A stretch of DNA of 63,539 bases, counting the filler, from Octopus bimaculoides (lineage: Eukaryota), in NCBI RefSeq assembly GCF_001194135.2. It is 8 parts of 8 records of this genome, joined end to end, with 100 filler letters (N's around TTAATTAATTAA, not from the genome) between each part and the next. Parts side by side here need not be neighbours in the genome. Positions count along the whole stretch, not along the records: positions 14,961 to 37,490 come from NC_068991.1; positions 37,591 to 51,210 come from NC_068984.1; 6 more parts are not named here. One strand, written 5' to 3'. The notes beneath the pieces are model-generated. The model was not told the DNA's origin, did not search any database, and saw nothing but the letters and a program-made list of their open reading frames with translations. Made by a program: the position numbers and the translations under genes. Position 1 is the first letter of the stretch; each line of letters begins with the position of its first letter. Positions 25,156 through 38,814 of this stretch are shown one piece after another.

Positions 25156-28100
25156 ATCCAACGAACGAACGAACGAACGAAGAAAGGAACGAACGAAAGA
25201 ACATAAGAACAAACGAACGAACGAAAGAACAAACATATGTAGGCACGTACGTACGAACGAACGACCGTACGTACGTACGATCGAACGAACGAAATAACAT
25301 ATGTACGTACGAACGAAGGAAAGAACGAACGAACGAACAAACGAACAAACGAACGAAAGAACGAACGAACGTAAACACGTTAGTAGGCACGTACGTACGA
25401 ACAAACGAACGAATGAACGAGCGAATGGTCGAACGAACGAAAGAAAGAACAAACGAAAGAAAGACAGAACGTACGAAAGACAGAACGAACGAACGTACTT
25501 ACGTATGTACGTACGTACAAACGAACGAACGAAAGTACGTACGTACGATTGAACGAACGATCAAACGAACGAACAAACGAAAGGATGTAAGTAGGTACGT
25601 ACGTACGTACGAACGACTGAACGAACGAAAGAAGGATCGAATGAACTATGTACGAAAGATCGAACGAAAAAACGGACAAACGGACGAACGAACGAACGTG
25701 CGTACGTAAGTACATACGTACGAACGAACAAACGAACGAACGTACGTACATACGTCTGAATGTACGAGGAAGTGAATGTACGAGGAAAGAACAAACGTAC
25801 GTCCGTACTAAGGAACGAGCGAACGTACGTAAGTACGTAAGAACGAATCAACGAACGACATGAACGAACGAACGAACGTACGTCGGTACGAACGAACGAA
25901 CGTACGTACATCCGTACGAGCAACCGAAAGAAAGAACAAACGAACGAATGAACGAACGTACGTACGTAGATACGTACGTAAGAACGAAAGGACGAACGAA
26001 CGTACGTAAGTACGTACGTACATACGAACGAACGAACGAACGTACGTAATTACGAAAAAACGAACGAACGAAAAAACAACATACGTATGTACGTACGTAC
26101 GTACGTACGAACGGACGACCGAACGAACAAATGAACGAACGAACGAACTAACGAACGAACGAAAGTAGTATGTACGTAAGAACGAAAGAAAGAAAGAAGG
26201 AACGGCAAACGAATGAACTACCTACGTACGTACGACAGAATGAACGAATGAACGACCGAAAGAATGAATGACTGAACAGAAGAACTTAATAACGAATGAA
26301 TGATGGAACGAACGAAAGAAAGACGTTACGTACGTTCGAATGAACGAACAAATGAAAGAACGCACGAATGAAAGAACGAACAAACAAACGATTGAAACGA
26401 ACGAACGAACGAAAGAATTAACGAACGTTCGTTCGTTCGTTCCTACGTATGTACGTTCATTCGCTCGTTCGTTTTTCGTAGGAAAGGATGTACGTACGAA
26501 CGACAGAACGTACGAACGAACAAACGAACGACTGAACGAACGAACGAACGAAAAAACGTACTACGTACGTACGAAGGAATGGACGTAAGTAAGTACGAAT
26601 GAATCGACGAACGGACGAACGGACGAACAAAAGAACGTACGTACATAGTCCCTACGTACGAACAAACAAATGGGCGAACTAACGTACGTACGTACGTACG
26701 AACGAACGAAAGAACAAAATGAAGGAACAAGCGTACGAACGTACGAACTTACGAACGTCCGTATATACGTACGAACGAACGAGCAAACGTACGTACGTAC
26801 GAACAAACGTACGAACGAACGAAGGAAAGAAAGAACGTAATTACGTAAGTAAATACGTACGTACGAACGAACGAATGAACGAAGGTACGAACTAATGAAC
26901 GAACGAACGTATGTAATACGTACGAACGAACATACTAACGAAAGAATGAACGTAGGAACGTACGTACAAAGGAAAGATAGATCGAACGAACGAACAAAAG
27001 AATGAACTACCTACGGACGTACGACAGAACGGACGAATGACCATACGTAAGCACGCTGGAACGAATGAACAAACGAACGAAAGAACAAATGTACATACGT
27101 AAGTACGTACATATGTACGTACGAACGAATGAACGAACGAACAATCGAAAGAATGAACGACTGAACGAAAGAACTTACTAACGAACGAACGATGGAACGA
27201 AAGAAACAACGAACTTAAGTACATACGAAAGAACGTAGAATGAACGAACGAACGAATGAACAAACGATTGAAACAAACGAACAAACGAACGAACGAACGA
27301 ACGAACGAATATACGTGCGAACGAACGTACGTTCGTATGTACGTACGTATGTACGTTCGAACGTACGAAAGAATTAACGTACATTCGCTCGTTCTTTCGT
27401 TCGTACGTATGCTCGTTCGTTCGTACGTACGCTCGTTCGTTCGTACGTATATTCGTTTGATCATTCGTACTTACGCTCATTCATTCGGTCGTTCGTATAT
27501 ACGTAGCTTCGTTCGTTCGTTCAGTCATTCATTCGTTTGTATGTACGTATTAACGTCGTATGTACGTATTTACGTCGTATGTACGTATTTACGTCGTATG
27601 TACGTTCGTTTATTCGTTCGTTAGTTCGTGCGTACGTACGTACGTTTGTTCGGTCATTCGTACATATGTACGTACGTACATACATAGGTTAGTCCGTTCG
27701 CTCGTTCGTTCTTTCGTTCGTACGTTCGTTCCTTCATTTCGTTCATTCGTTCGTAGGTACGTACGTACCTTCGTTCGTTCATACGTACGTACGTTCGTTC
27801 GCCCGTTCGTTTATTCGTTCGATCGTACGCACCTACGTACGTATCAACAAACGATTGAAATTAGGTACATACGTACGAACGAAAGATAGAACGAACGAAC
27901 GTACGTGCGTACGTACGTAAGAACGTACGTTCAAACGTACGTACGTTCGTACGATCGTCCGTTCATCCGTACTACTTACGTTCGTTGGCTCGTTCGTTCG
28001 AACGTATGTACGTACGTTCTTTCGTTCATTCTTTCCTTCGTTCATTCGTTCGTTCGTTCGTTTGTTCGTTCATTCGGACGTACGTACATACGTACGTACG

Positions 28101-31100
28101 TTCGTTCGTTCTGTCTTTTGTACTTACGTACGTACTTTCGTTCGTTCTTTCGTTTCTTCGATCGTTCTTTCGTTCGTTCGTTTGCTCGTTCGTCCGTTCA
28201 TTCGTTCGTTTGTACGTACGTACGTACGTTCTTTCGTTTTATCGTTCGTTCGTTTGTTCGTGCTTACGTACATACGTACGTACATTCATACATACGTTCG
28301 TTCGTTCGTTCTTTTGTTCTTTCGTTTGTATGTATGTACCTTCGTTCGTTAGCTTGTCCGTTCATTCGTTTGTACCTGCGTATTTACGTACGTATGTACG
28401 TTCGTTCTTTCGTTCATTCGTACCTACGTACGTACGTACGTTCATTCGTTAGTTCGTCCGTTCGTTCTCTCGTTCGTTCGTTCGTTTGTTCTTTCGAACG
28501 AACCAACCAAATGAAGGAACAAACGTACGAACGAACGAACGTATGTACGTACGTAAATATGTACATACGAACGAATGAACGAACGACCGAACAAAGGTTC
28601 GTAAATACGAACGAACGAACAAAAGAACGAATGAACGTACTTATGGACGTACGCACGAACGAATGAACGAAAGAATGAACGAACAAACGAATAAACGTAC
28701 CTACGTGCCTACGACAGAACGAACGAATGAAAGTACGTAAGTAGGTACGTACGTACGGACGACAGAACGAACGAAAGAAGGATAGAACGAACGTACGTAA
28801 GAACGATCGAACGTAAAAACGAACGTTCGTACGTACGAACGAACGATCGAACGAACACACGAACGAACAAACGAACGTACGAACATACGTATGGACGTAA
28901 CCATGAAATAACGAAAGAACTTACGTACGAACAAAATAACGAAAGAACGAACGAACGAACGTATGAACGATCGAGCGAACGAAAAATCGAACGTAGTTAC
29001 GTACTAACGAACGAACGAACGAACGATCGAAAGTACGTACGTACGTTCTAACGATCGAACGAACGCACGTACGTACGTACGAAGGTACGAACTTACGAAC
29101 GAAAAAACGTACATACGTACATAGGTACGAACGAAAACACGAAACAACGAGCGTACGTACGTACGTTCGAACGACAGAACGAACGAACGAACGAACGTAC
29201 ATACGAATGAACGAACGAATTAACTTTCGTTCGTACGTAGGTACGTTCATTCTATCGTTTGTACGCACGTACGTACATACGTTCTTTCGTTCGTTCTTTT
29301 GTTCTTTCGATCGTTCGTTCGTTCGTTCATTCGCTCGTTCGTTCATTCGCTCGTTCGTTCATTCGCTCGTTCGTATGTACGTATATACGTACGAGCGTTC
29401 GTTCGATCGGTCGTTCGTTCGTTCTTTCTTTAGTTCGTTCGTGCGTACGTACGTACGTAGGTTCGCACGTACATTTGTTCGTTCATTTGTTTGTTCGTTC
29501 GTATGTACGTAGCTTCGTTCGTTAGTTCGTTCGTCCATTCGTACGTATTTACGTACGTACGTACGTTCGTTCTTTCGTTCATTTATTCGTTCTTTCGTAA
29601 CTACGTCGATACGTACGTCCATTCGTTAGATCATCCGTCCGTTCGTTATTTCGAACAAACTAAGGAAATGAAGGAACGAACGTACGTACGAACGAACGAA
29701 CGTACGTACGTACGTACATACGTATGTACGTAGGCATGAAATAACAGAAGAACATACGTACAAACGAACGAACAAACGAACGAACATACGTATGTACGTA
29801 TGTACATACAAACGAAGGTACGAACAAATGTACGTACGAACGAACAGACTAACGAACGAACGAAAGTACAAACAAACGTACGTACGTACGTAAATACGTA
29901 CATACGAACGAGTTAACGAACGAACGATCGAACGTCAGTAAATAGGTACGTACGTGCGTACGAACGAACAAACGAACGAACATACGTAAGAACGAACGAA
30001 CGAAAGAACAAAAGAATGAAAGAATTAACGAACCTTCGTTCGTTCCTTTGTTCGTTCGTACGTATGTACCTACGTTAATTCGTTCGTACGTACGTTTATT
30101 CGCTCATTCGTTTGTTCGTGTGTACAGACGTACGTACGTAGGTTCGTTTCTTCGTTCGTTCATTCGTTCGTTCATTCGTTCGTTCATTCGTACATACTTT
30201 CGTTCGTTCATTCTTCCGTTCGTACGTACGTACGTAAGTACGTTCTTTCGTTCGTTCGTTCGTTCGTTCATTCATTCGTACGTGCATTCGAACGAAAGAA
30301 CGAACGAAAGTAAGTGAGTAAGAATGAAGGAATGAACGAACGAAATGAAAGAACGAACTTACAAACGAAAGATCGAACCGACGAACGAACATACGAACGA
30401 ACGAACGAACGAACGTATGTAAGTACGTACATACGTACATACGTAAGAACGAACGAACGAATGAACGAACGAACAAACGAATGAAAGAACGAATGAAGGA
30501 ACGTACGTACATACGTACGAACGAACGTACGAAACAAGGAAGGAACGAACGAACTTACGTAATTACGTAAGAACGAACGAACGAACGAACGAACGTACGT
30601 AGGTACGTACGTACGAACCAACGATCGAACGAAAGTACGTACATACGCAAGAACGAAAGAACAGAAGAACGAACGAAAGAACGAACATACGAAAGAACAA
30701 ACGAACGAGCTAACGAACTTACGTACGTACGAACGAACGAACAAACCGAATGAACGTACGTACGTTCCTACAACTGAACGAGCGAACGAACGTACGTACG
30801 TACGAATGAAAGAACGAACAAACGAACGAACGTAAGTAGGTAAGTACGTACGTACCAAGGACAGAACGAAATAACGAAAGAACGAACGAACGAAAGTATG
30901 TACGCACGAACGAACGTACGAACGAACGAACGTACGAACGAACGTACGAACGAACGAACGTACGTATGACCGTACGAACGAACGAACGAACGGACTAACA
31001 AATGAACGTACATACGTACGAAAGAATAAAAGAACGAACAAACGAAAGTACATACATACGAACGAACGAATGAAAGAACGAACGAACGACCAAACGAAAG

Positions 31101-34100
31101 TTGTACGTACGTACAAACGATCGAACGAACGAACGAACATAAATACGTAAGTAGGCACGTCCGTACGTACGAACGAGCGAACGAATGAACGAGCGAATGG
31201 TCGAACGAACGAAAGAAAGAACAAACGCAAGAAAGACAACGTACGAAAGACTGAACGAACGAATGAACGAGCGAAACGAACGAACGAACGAACATATGAA
31301 CGAACGTACATACGTATATACGTACATACGTACAAATGAACGAACGAAAGATCGAACGTACGTACGTATGTACGAACGAACAAACGAAAGGCCAAACGAA
31401 AGAATTAGAGAAAGAACGAATGTAAGAATGGACGTAAGAACGAACGAAACATCGAACAAACGAATTAACGAAAAAACGTATGCACGTACGTACGAACGAA
31501 CGAACGAACGAACGAACGTAGTACTAACGAATGAACCAACCAACGTACGAGGAACAAAGAACGAACGAGAAAAGGAACGGACGAACGAACAAAGAAACGA
31601 ACGAACGAACGAATATACGTGCATATGTATATACGAATGAAAAAACGAACATACGTACGTAAGTACGCACGAACGAACGATCAGTCGATCGGACGAACGA
31701 ACGAACAAACGTACGTACGTACATTCGAACGAACGTTAGAACGTACGTACATACGTACGTACGTATGTATGTAGCCACTAAATATCGAAAGAACGAACTA
31801 CGTAAGAACGAACGATCGAACGAACGAACGAGCGAATGAAGAAACGAACGAAGGAACAAACGAACGAAAGGGCGAATGTACGTACGTATGTAGGTACGTA
31901 CGTACGAATGAACGAACGTACGTACGTACAAACGAACGATCAATCGAACGAACGATCAATCGAACGAACGAACNNNNNNNNNNNNNNNNNNNNNNNNNNN
32001 NNNNNNNNNNNNNNNNNNNNNNNNNNNNNNNNNNNNNNNNNNNNNNNNNNNNNNNNNNNNNNNNNNNNNNNNNNNNNNNNNNNNNNNNNNNNNNNNNNNN
32101 NNNNNNNNNNNNNNNNNNNNNNNNNNNNNNNNNNNNNNNNNNNNNNNNNNNNNTCGAACAAACGAATTAACGAAAAAACGTATGCACGTACGTACGAACG
32201 AACGAACGAACGAACGAACGTAGTACTAACGAATGAACCAACCAACGTACGAGGAACAAAGAACGAACGAGAAAAGGAACGGACGAACGAACAAAGAAAC
32301 GAACGAACGAACGAATATACGTGCATATGTATATACGAATGAAAAAACGAACATACGTACGTAAGTACGCACGAACGAACGATCAGTCGATCGGACAAAC
32401 GAACGAACAAACGTACGTACGTACATTCGAACGAACGTTAGAACGTACGTACATACGTACGTACGTATGTATGTAGCCACTAAATATCGAAAGAACGAAC
32501 TACGTAAGAACGAACGATCGAACGAACGAACGAGCGAATGAAGAAACGAACGAAGGAACAAACGAACGAAAGGGCGAATGTACGTACGTATGTAGGTACG
32601 TACGTACGAATGAACGAACGTACGTACGTACAAACGAACGATCAATCGAACGAACGATCAATCGAACGAACGAACGAACGAACAAACGTACGTACGTACG
32701 TTCGAACGAACGATAGAACGTACGAACATACGTACGTACGTATGTACTTAGCCACAAAATAACGATAGAACGAACGTACGCATGAACGAACGATCGAACG
32801 AACGAACGAATGAATGAACGAACGTACGAACGAACGAAGGAACGAACGAGCGAAAGAATGAACGTTCCGAGGATTTATGATCGACTTCCGGGAAAATTCG
32901 GAGGATTTCCTGGAATGAACGAAAGAACAAACGAACGAAACAACGAACGGAGGACCGAACTAACGAAGGAAAACACGAAAATACGCACGTACACACGTAC
33001 GAACGAAGAAACGAACGTACGAATTAACGAAGGAACGTACGAACAATAGAACGAACGAACGAACGTACGTACCAAGGAACGAACAAAAGAACGATTGAAC
33101 GAACGAACGTACGTACTTAGGTATGTAAGTACGAACGTACGGAAGTACGAATGTACGTATGTACGAAAGAATGAACGAACGAGTGAACGAAAGAACGTAC
33201 TAAAAGGGAACGATCGAACGAACAAACGAACGAACGTACGTACGTACGAAAGAAGGAAAGAATGAACGAACGAACAAACAAACGAACGAACGTAAGAACG
33301 AACGAACGAAAGAACAAAAGAATGAAAGAATTAACGAACCTTCGTTCGTTCGTTTGTTCGTTCGTACGTATGTACGTACGTTAATTCGTTCGTACGTACG
33401 TTTATTCGCTCATTCGTTTGTTCGTGTGTACAGACGTACGTACGTAGGTTCGTTTCTTCGTTCGTTCATTCGTTCGTTCATTCGTTCGTTCATTCGTACA
33501 TACTTTCGTTCGTTCATTCTTCCGTTCGTACGTACGTACGTAAGTACGTTCTTTCGTTCGTTCGTTCGTTCGTTCATTCATTCGTACGTGCATTCGAACG
33601 AAAGAACGAACGAAAGTAAGTGAGTAAGAATGAAGGAATGAACGAACGAAATGAAAGAACGAACTTACAAACGAAAGATCGAACCGACGAACGAACATAC
33701 CAACGAACGAACGAACGAACGTATGTAAGTACGTACATACGTACATACGTACGAACGAACGAACGAATGAACGTACGTACGTACGAACGAATGAAGGAAC
33801 GAACGAACGAACGTACGTACGTAGGAACGAACAAATGAACAAACGAACAAAAGAACGAACGAACCAACAAAGTAATGAAAGAACCTACGTACGTACGACA
33901 GAACGAACGAACGTACGTACGACAGAACGAACGAACGTACGTACGTACGAACGAATGAACGAACGAACGAATAAAAAATTGAACAAATGAACGAAAGAAC
34001 GTACTAACAAACGAACGATCGAACGATCGAACGAACGAACGTGCGTACGTACGAAAGAACGAAAGAATGAACGAAGGAACGAACAAACGACTAAAACGAA

Positions 34101-37100
34101 CGAACGAACTACGTACGTACGGACGTAACTACGTACGAACAAACGAACGAACGTACGTATGTACGTACGTTAGTACGTACATACGAACGTAAGCACTTAC
34201 GAACGAAAGAACGAACGAACGAAAGAATTAACGAACCTTCGTTCGTTCGTTCGTTCATACGTACGTACGTTCGTTCATTCGTTCGTACGTCCGTACGTTC
34301 GTTCTTCTCGTTCGTTTCTTCGTACGTACGGACGTATGTACGTACGTTTGTTTCTTCGTTCGTTCGTTCGTTCGTTCATTCGTACGTACGTCCGTACGAA
34401 CTTACGAACGAAAGAACAAACGTACATAAGTACGTACGCAAGTACGTACGAACAAACGAATGAACGTACGTTAGTACAAACGAACGAATGAACCAAAGAA
34501 CGAGCGTACGTAAGTAAATACGTACGTACGAACGAATGAAGGAACGACTAAACGAAGGTACGTACATACGAACGAACGTACGTACTTACGTACGAACGAA
34601 CGTACGTACGTACGAACGAATGAACGAACGTACAAACGTACGTACGTACGAACTAAAGATCAAACGAACAAACGAACAAACTAACGAACGTACGTAGATA
34701 CGAACGAACGAACGATCGAACGAACGAACGATCGAACGAACGAACGAACGAACGAACGAAAGAACAAACGGACGAACGAACGAACGAAAGTACGTAAGTA
34801 CGTACGTACGAACTAACAAACGAATGAACGAGCTAAAGAACGAAAGAAAGAACGAACCTAAGAAAGATCGAGCGAACGAAAGAACGAACGTATGTACGTA
34901 GGAACAAACGAACGAACGAAGGAGCGAAACGAACGAATGAACGTACGTACCTACGAACGAACAAACGTATGTAGGTATGTACGTACGTAAGTACGTACGT
35001 ACGAACGAACGATCGAACGTCCGTACTTACGTAAGTACGTACGAGTGAACGAACGAACCATCGAAAGAAAAATTTAACGAACAAACATATGTACGAATTT
35101 ACGAACGAACGAACTTTCAAACGAACTAGCGTACAAACGTACGTACGTACGAATGAACGAAAGAAAGAAGGAACGAACGAACGAACGAACGATGGAACAA
35201 TGAAATGAACGAATAAACGAATGTACATACGTACGTATGTAATTACGAACGAACGAATGAACGAACAAAGGTACGTACTACGTACGAACCTACGTACGAA
35301 CGAACGAACGAAAAAACGAACGTACGAATGTACTTAAGTATTTACGTACGTACGAACGTACTTAAGTATTTACGTACGTACAAACGAACGAACGAACGAA
35401 AGTACGTACGTATGTACGAACGAAATAAAGAACGAACGAACAATCGAATGATCGAACGAACGAATGAACAATAAAACGAACAAACGAACGTACGTACGTA
35501 CGAACGAACGAAAGTACGAAAGAGCGTACGTACGTAGGAACGAACGAAAGAACGAACGAACGTACGAACGAATGAACGAACGAACGAATGAAAGATTGAA
35601 CGAATGAGCGAAAGAACGTACTAACAAAAGAACGATCGAACGTACGAACGAACGTACGTACGTACGAAAGAACGAAAGAATTAACGAATTTTCGTTCATT
35701 CGTTTGTTCGTTCGTACGTACGCACGTTCGTTCTTTCGTTCGTACGTACGTTCGTTCTCTCGTTCGTTTGTTCGTACGTACGGACCTATGTACGTTCGTT
35801 TGTTTCTTCGTTCGTTCGTACACACGTACGTACGTACGTTTGTTCATTCGTTCGTTCATTCGTACTTACTTACTTCCGTTCGTTCGTTTTTTCGTACGAA
35901 CGTACGTACTTTCGTTCGTTCGTTCTTTCTTTTGTTCATTCATTCGAAAGTACGAACAAACGAAGGAACGAAGGGTAAGTAATTAAGTACGAATGAACCA
36001 CAGAACGAACGAAATGAAAGAACGAAAGTACCAACGAACAAACGAACGAACAAACGAACGAACGACCGAAAGGACGAAAGAACGAACGAACGAGCGAACG
36101 AAGGCCCGGACGTACGTATGTACCTACGTACATACGTACGAACGAACAAAGGAACGTACGTTAGTACGAATGTACGAAAGAAAGAACGAACGTACATACG
36201 TACGTCCGCAAGTACGTTCGAATGAACAAACGAATGAACGTACGTACGCCGGTACGAACGAACGAACGAGCGAACGACCGAACGTATGTCAGTAAATACG
36301 TACGTACGAACTAATAAAGGAACGTACGAACGAAGGTGCGTACATACGAACGAACGTATATACGTACGTATGCCCGAACGAACATACGTACGTACGTACT
36401 AACGAACGTATGTGCGTACGTAGGTACGTACGAACGAATGATCGAATGAACGAACGAACTAATGTACCTACGTATGTATGTACGTAGGCAAGAAATAACG
36501 AAAGAACGTACGTACGAACGACGGACCGAACGAACGCACGAAAGATCAAAGATATTTACGAAATTACGTACGAAAGAACGAACGTACGAAAGAACGAACG
36601 TACGAAAGAACGAAGGTACGAAAGAACGAAGGTACGAAAGAACGAACGTACGAAAGAACGAACATACGTGCGAACGAACGTACGAACGTAAGTACGAACG
36701 TACATACGAACGAAAGAACGAACGAACAAACAAATGAACGTACGTACGTACGTACGTACGACCGAGCGAACGAAAGATCATACGTACGTAAGAATGAAAG
36801 AAACAACGAAAGAGCAAACGGACAAATGAAAGAACGAAAGTACTTAAGTACGTACGTACGAACTAACGAACGAATGAACGAGTGAAAGAACGAAAGAACG
36901 AACGAAAGAACGAACGAAAGAACGTACGAACGAACGAACGAACGTTCCAACGTAAGTAAGTACGAATGAACGAAAGAAAGAAGGATCGAACGAACGAACG
37001 AACGAACAAAGAAAGGAGCGAACGACGGAACAAAGAAATGAACGAATGAACGAATGTACGAACGTACGTACGTACGAACAAATGAACGAGCGAACGATCG

Positions 37101-37110
37101 TGCGAGCGTT
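24396..37110. repeat. ~12-13 kb degenerate tetranucleotide satellite of GAAC/GTAC (ACGA/ACGT) units with strand inversions
   Basis: Continuous ACGA/ACGT-derived units. GAAC-rich blocks alternate with GTTC-rich blocks. Two internal N gaps. It explains all the RTNE/FVRS ORFs in the track. Confidence 0.95.
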
Positions 37111-37114
37111 TGTT

Positions 37115-37490
37115 CATTCCTGTCTCCTCTTCGTCTCCCTCTCCCCCCTGAGATCCTTCTTTCTGGAATGTTGAACATTCCTTCCTCCTCTTCTTCCCCT
37201 TCCTCCACTTCTTCCCCTTCTCACCCCTCCCACTGAAATCTCCCTACCTAGAAAGTTGACCAATTGGTCCTCCTCTTTTTTCCGCCCTCCCCCTTAAATA
37301 CCCCTCTCTGGAATTTTCAGCATTCCGTCCTCCCCTTCCTCCTCTTTCCCCCTCGAATCCCCCTCTCTGGAATGTTGAAAATACCTTCCTCCCCTTCTTC
37401 CACTTCCTCCCCTTCTACCCTTTCCTACCCCGCAACCCTAAAATTCCCCTCACTGTAATTTTGAGCATTCCTTCCTCCCCTTCCTCCCCC
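37115..37490 (+). repeat. C-rich minisatellite, right block (same orientation as left block)
   Basis: About 6 degenerate CCCCTCTCTGGAATGTTGAACATTCCTTCCTCC units. Confidence 0.85.
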
Positions 37491-37611
37491 NNNNNNNNNN
37501 NNNNNNNNNNNNNNNNNNNNNNNNNNNNNNNNNNTTAATTAATTAANNNNNNNNNNNNNNNNNNNNNNNNNNNNNNNNNNNNNNNNNNNNGAAACAAGTA
37601 AAAAAAAAAAA

Positions 37612-37645
<34 letters not shown>

Positions 37646-37654
37646 ATATATATA

Positions 37655-37796
37655 GGAGTGGCTGTGTGGTAAGTAGTTTGCTAACCAACCACATGGTTCC
37701 GAGTTCAGTCCCACTGCGTGGCACCTTGGGCAAATGTCTTTAAGTGTCGGGCAGACCAAAGCCTTGTGAGTGGATTTGGTAGATGAAAACTCGTCG

Positions 37797-37831
<35 letters not shown>

Positions 37832-38005
37832 ACATGTGTGTACCGATGTTGGTGTGTTTACGTCTCCCTATTCTAGCGGTTCGGCAAAAGAGACCGATAG
37901 AATAAGTACTAGACTTACATATAATAAGTCCTGTGGTCGATTTGCTCGACTAAAGGTGGTGCTCCAGCATGGCCGCAGCCAAATGACTGAAACAAGTAAA
38001 AAAGA
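37655..38005 (+). mobile_element. SINE family A copy
   Basis: Head, core and tail match 10098-10490, with a short internal deletion. Other copies lie at ~4020-4335, 7560-7690(-), 19520-19595(-), 22955-23120(-), 24160-24245, 40270-40600, 45170-45285, 54160-54345(-), 54635-54775(-) and 57150-57330. Confidence 0.8.
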
Positions 38006-38056
38006 ATATATATATAATATATGTACGTATATCTATATACATATATACATATATAT

Positions 38057-38112
<56 letters not shown>

Positions 38113-38814
38113 CTTGCAATCTTCTCAATAGCCGTTGACCCTCAACAGCTATCGAAGAGGTTGCAAGACGCAACGAAAATTTCAGAAAAAATAAATAAGT
38201 AAATGAGTGGAAATCGAACCGGTAATTGTGTTAAGTAATAGAGCACTAAAAGGGACTGACACTCCCCAGACAATAAAACATCCTTCAACATAGGAATTTA
38301 CATAAAGAATCTTGCAAACCAAATACAAAAACGAAATATATGTATATAATATAATATAATATAATATAATACATATGTATATAGATCCAGAAATTTTATA
38401 TTTTTAAAATTTCTGGATGCTACTGTTTAATGAAGTTTTCCTGTATTGTCGTTCGAAAGCTCGAAATAGGGAGTAATTAACAGTCGACAGCTGAGAAAGG
38501 GTTAGACTTCTTGTGGTATTTTGTCCCGTGTTTGTCTCTCATTATGTGTCTACGTATTTTACACTCGTTGGTGATATCCTGTACTTGATGTATTATATAT
38601 ATATATATATATATATATNNNNNNNNNNNNNNNNNNNNNNNNNNNNNNNNNNNNNNNNNNNNNNNNNNNNNNNNNNNNNNNNNNNNNNNNNNNNNNNNNN
38701 NNNNNNNNNNNNNNNNNNNNNNNNNNNNNNNNNNNNNNNNNNNNNNNNNNNNNNNNNNNNNNNNNNNNNNNNNNNNNNNNNNNNNNNNNNNNNNNNNNNN
38801 NNNNNNATATATAT

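Noticed and set aside
24300-25368. Near-exact ~300-bp duplication (offset 762) across an N gap
   Set aside because: Gap-flanking duplication is typical of unmerged contig overlaps or haplotypes, so it is probably an artefact.
31455-32675. Near-exact ~520-bp duplication (offset 702) across an N gap
   Set aside because: Same reason: likely an assembly overlap.
24197-37208. Dozens of long RTNE/FVRS/YVRT ORFs (up to 375 aa)
   Set aside because: These are translations of the GAAC/GTAC satellite, open in many frames on both strands with no protein features.
24396-37490. CRISPR-like or prokaryotic repeat interpretation
   Set aside because: There are no constant repeats with unique spacers and no cas genes, and the context is a eukaryotic intron.
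38140-38185. TCGAAGA-G-GTTGC-AAGAC-GCAAC-GAAAATTTC hammerhead-like hairpin
   Set aside because: The core has two substitutions and no stem I can form.
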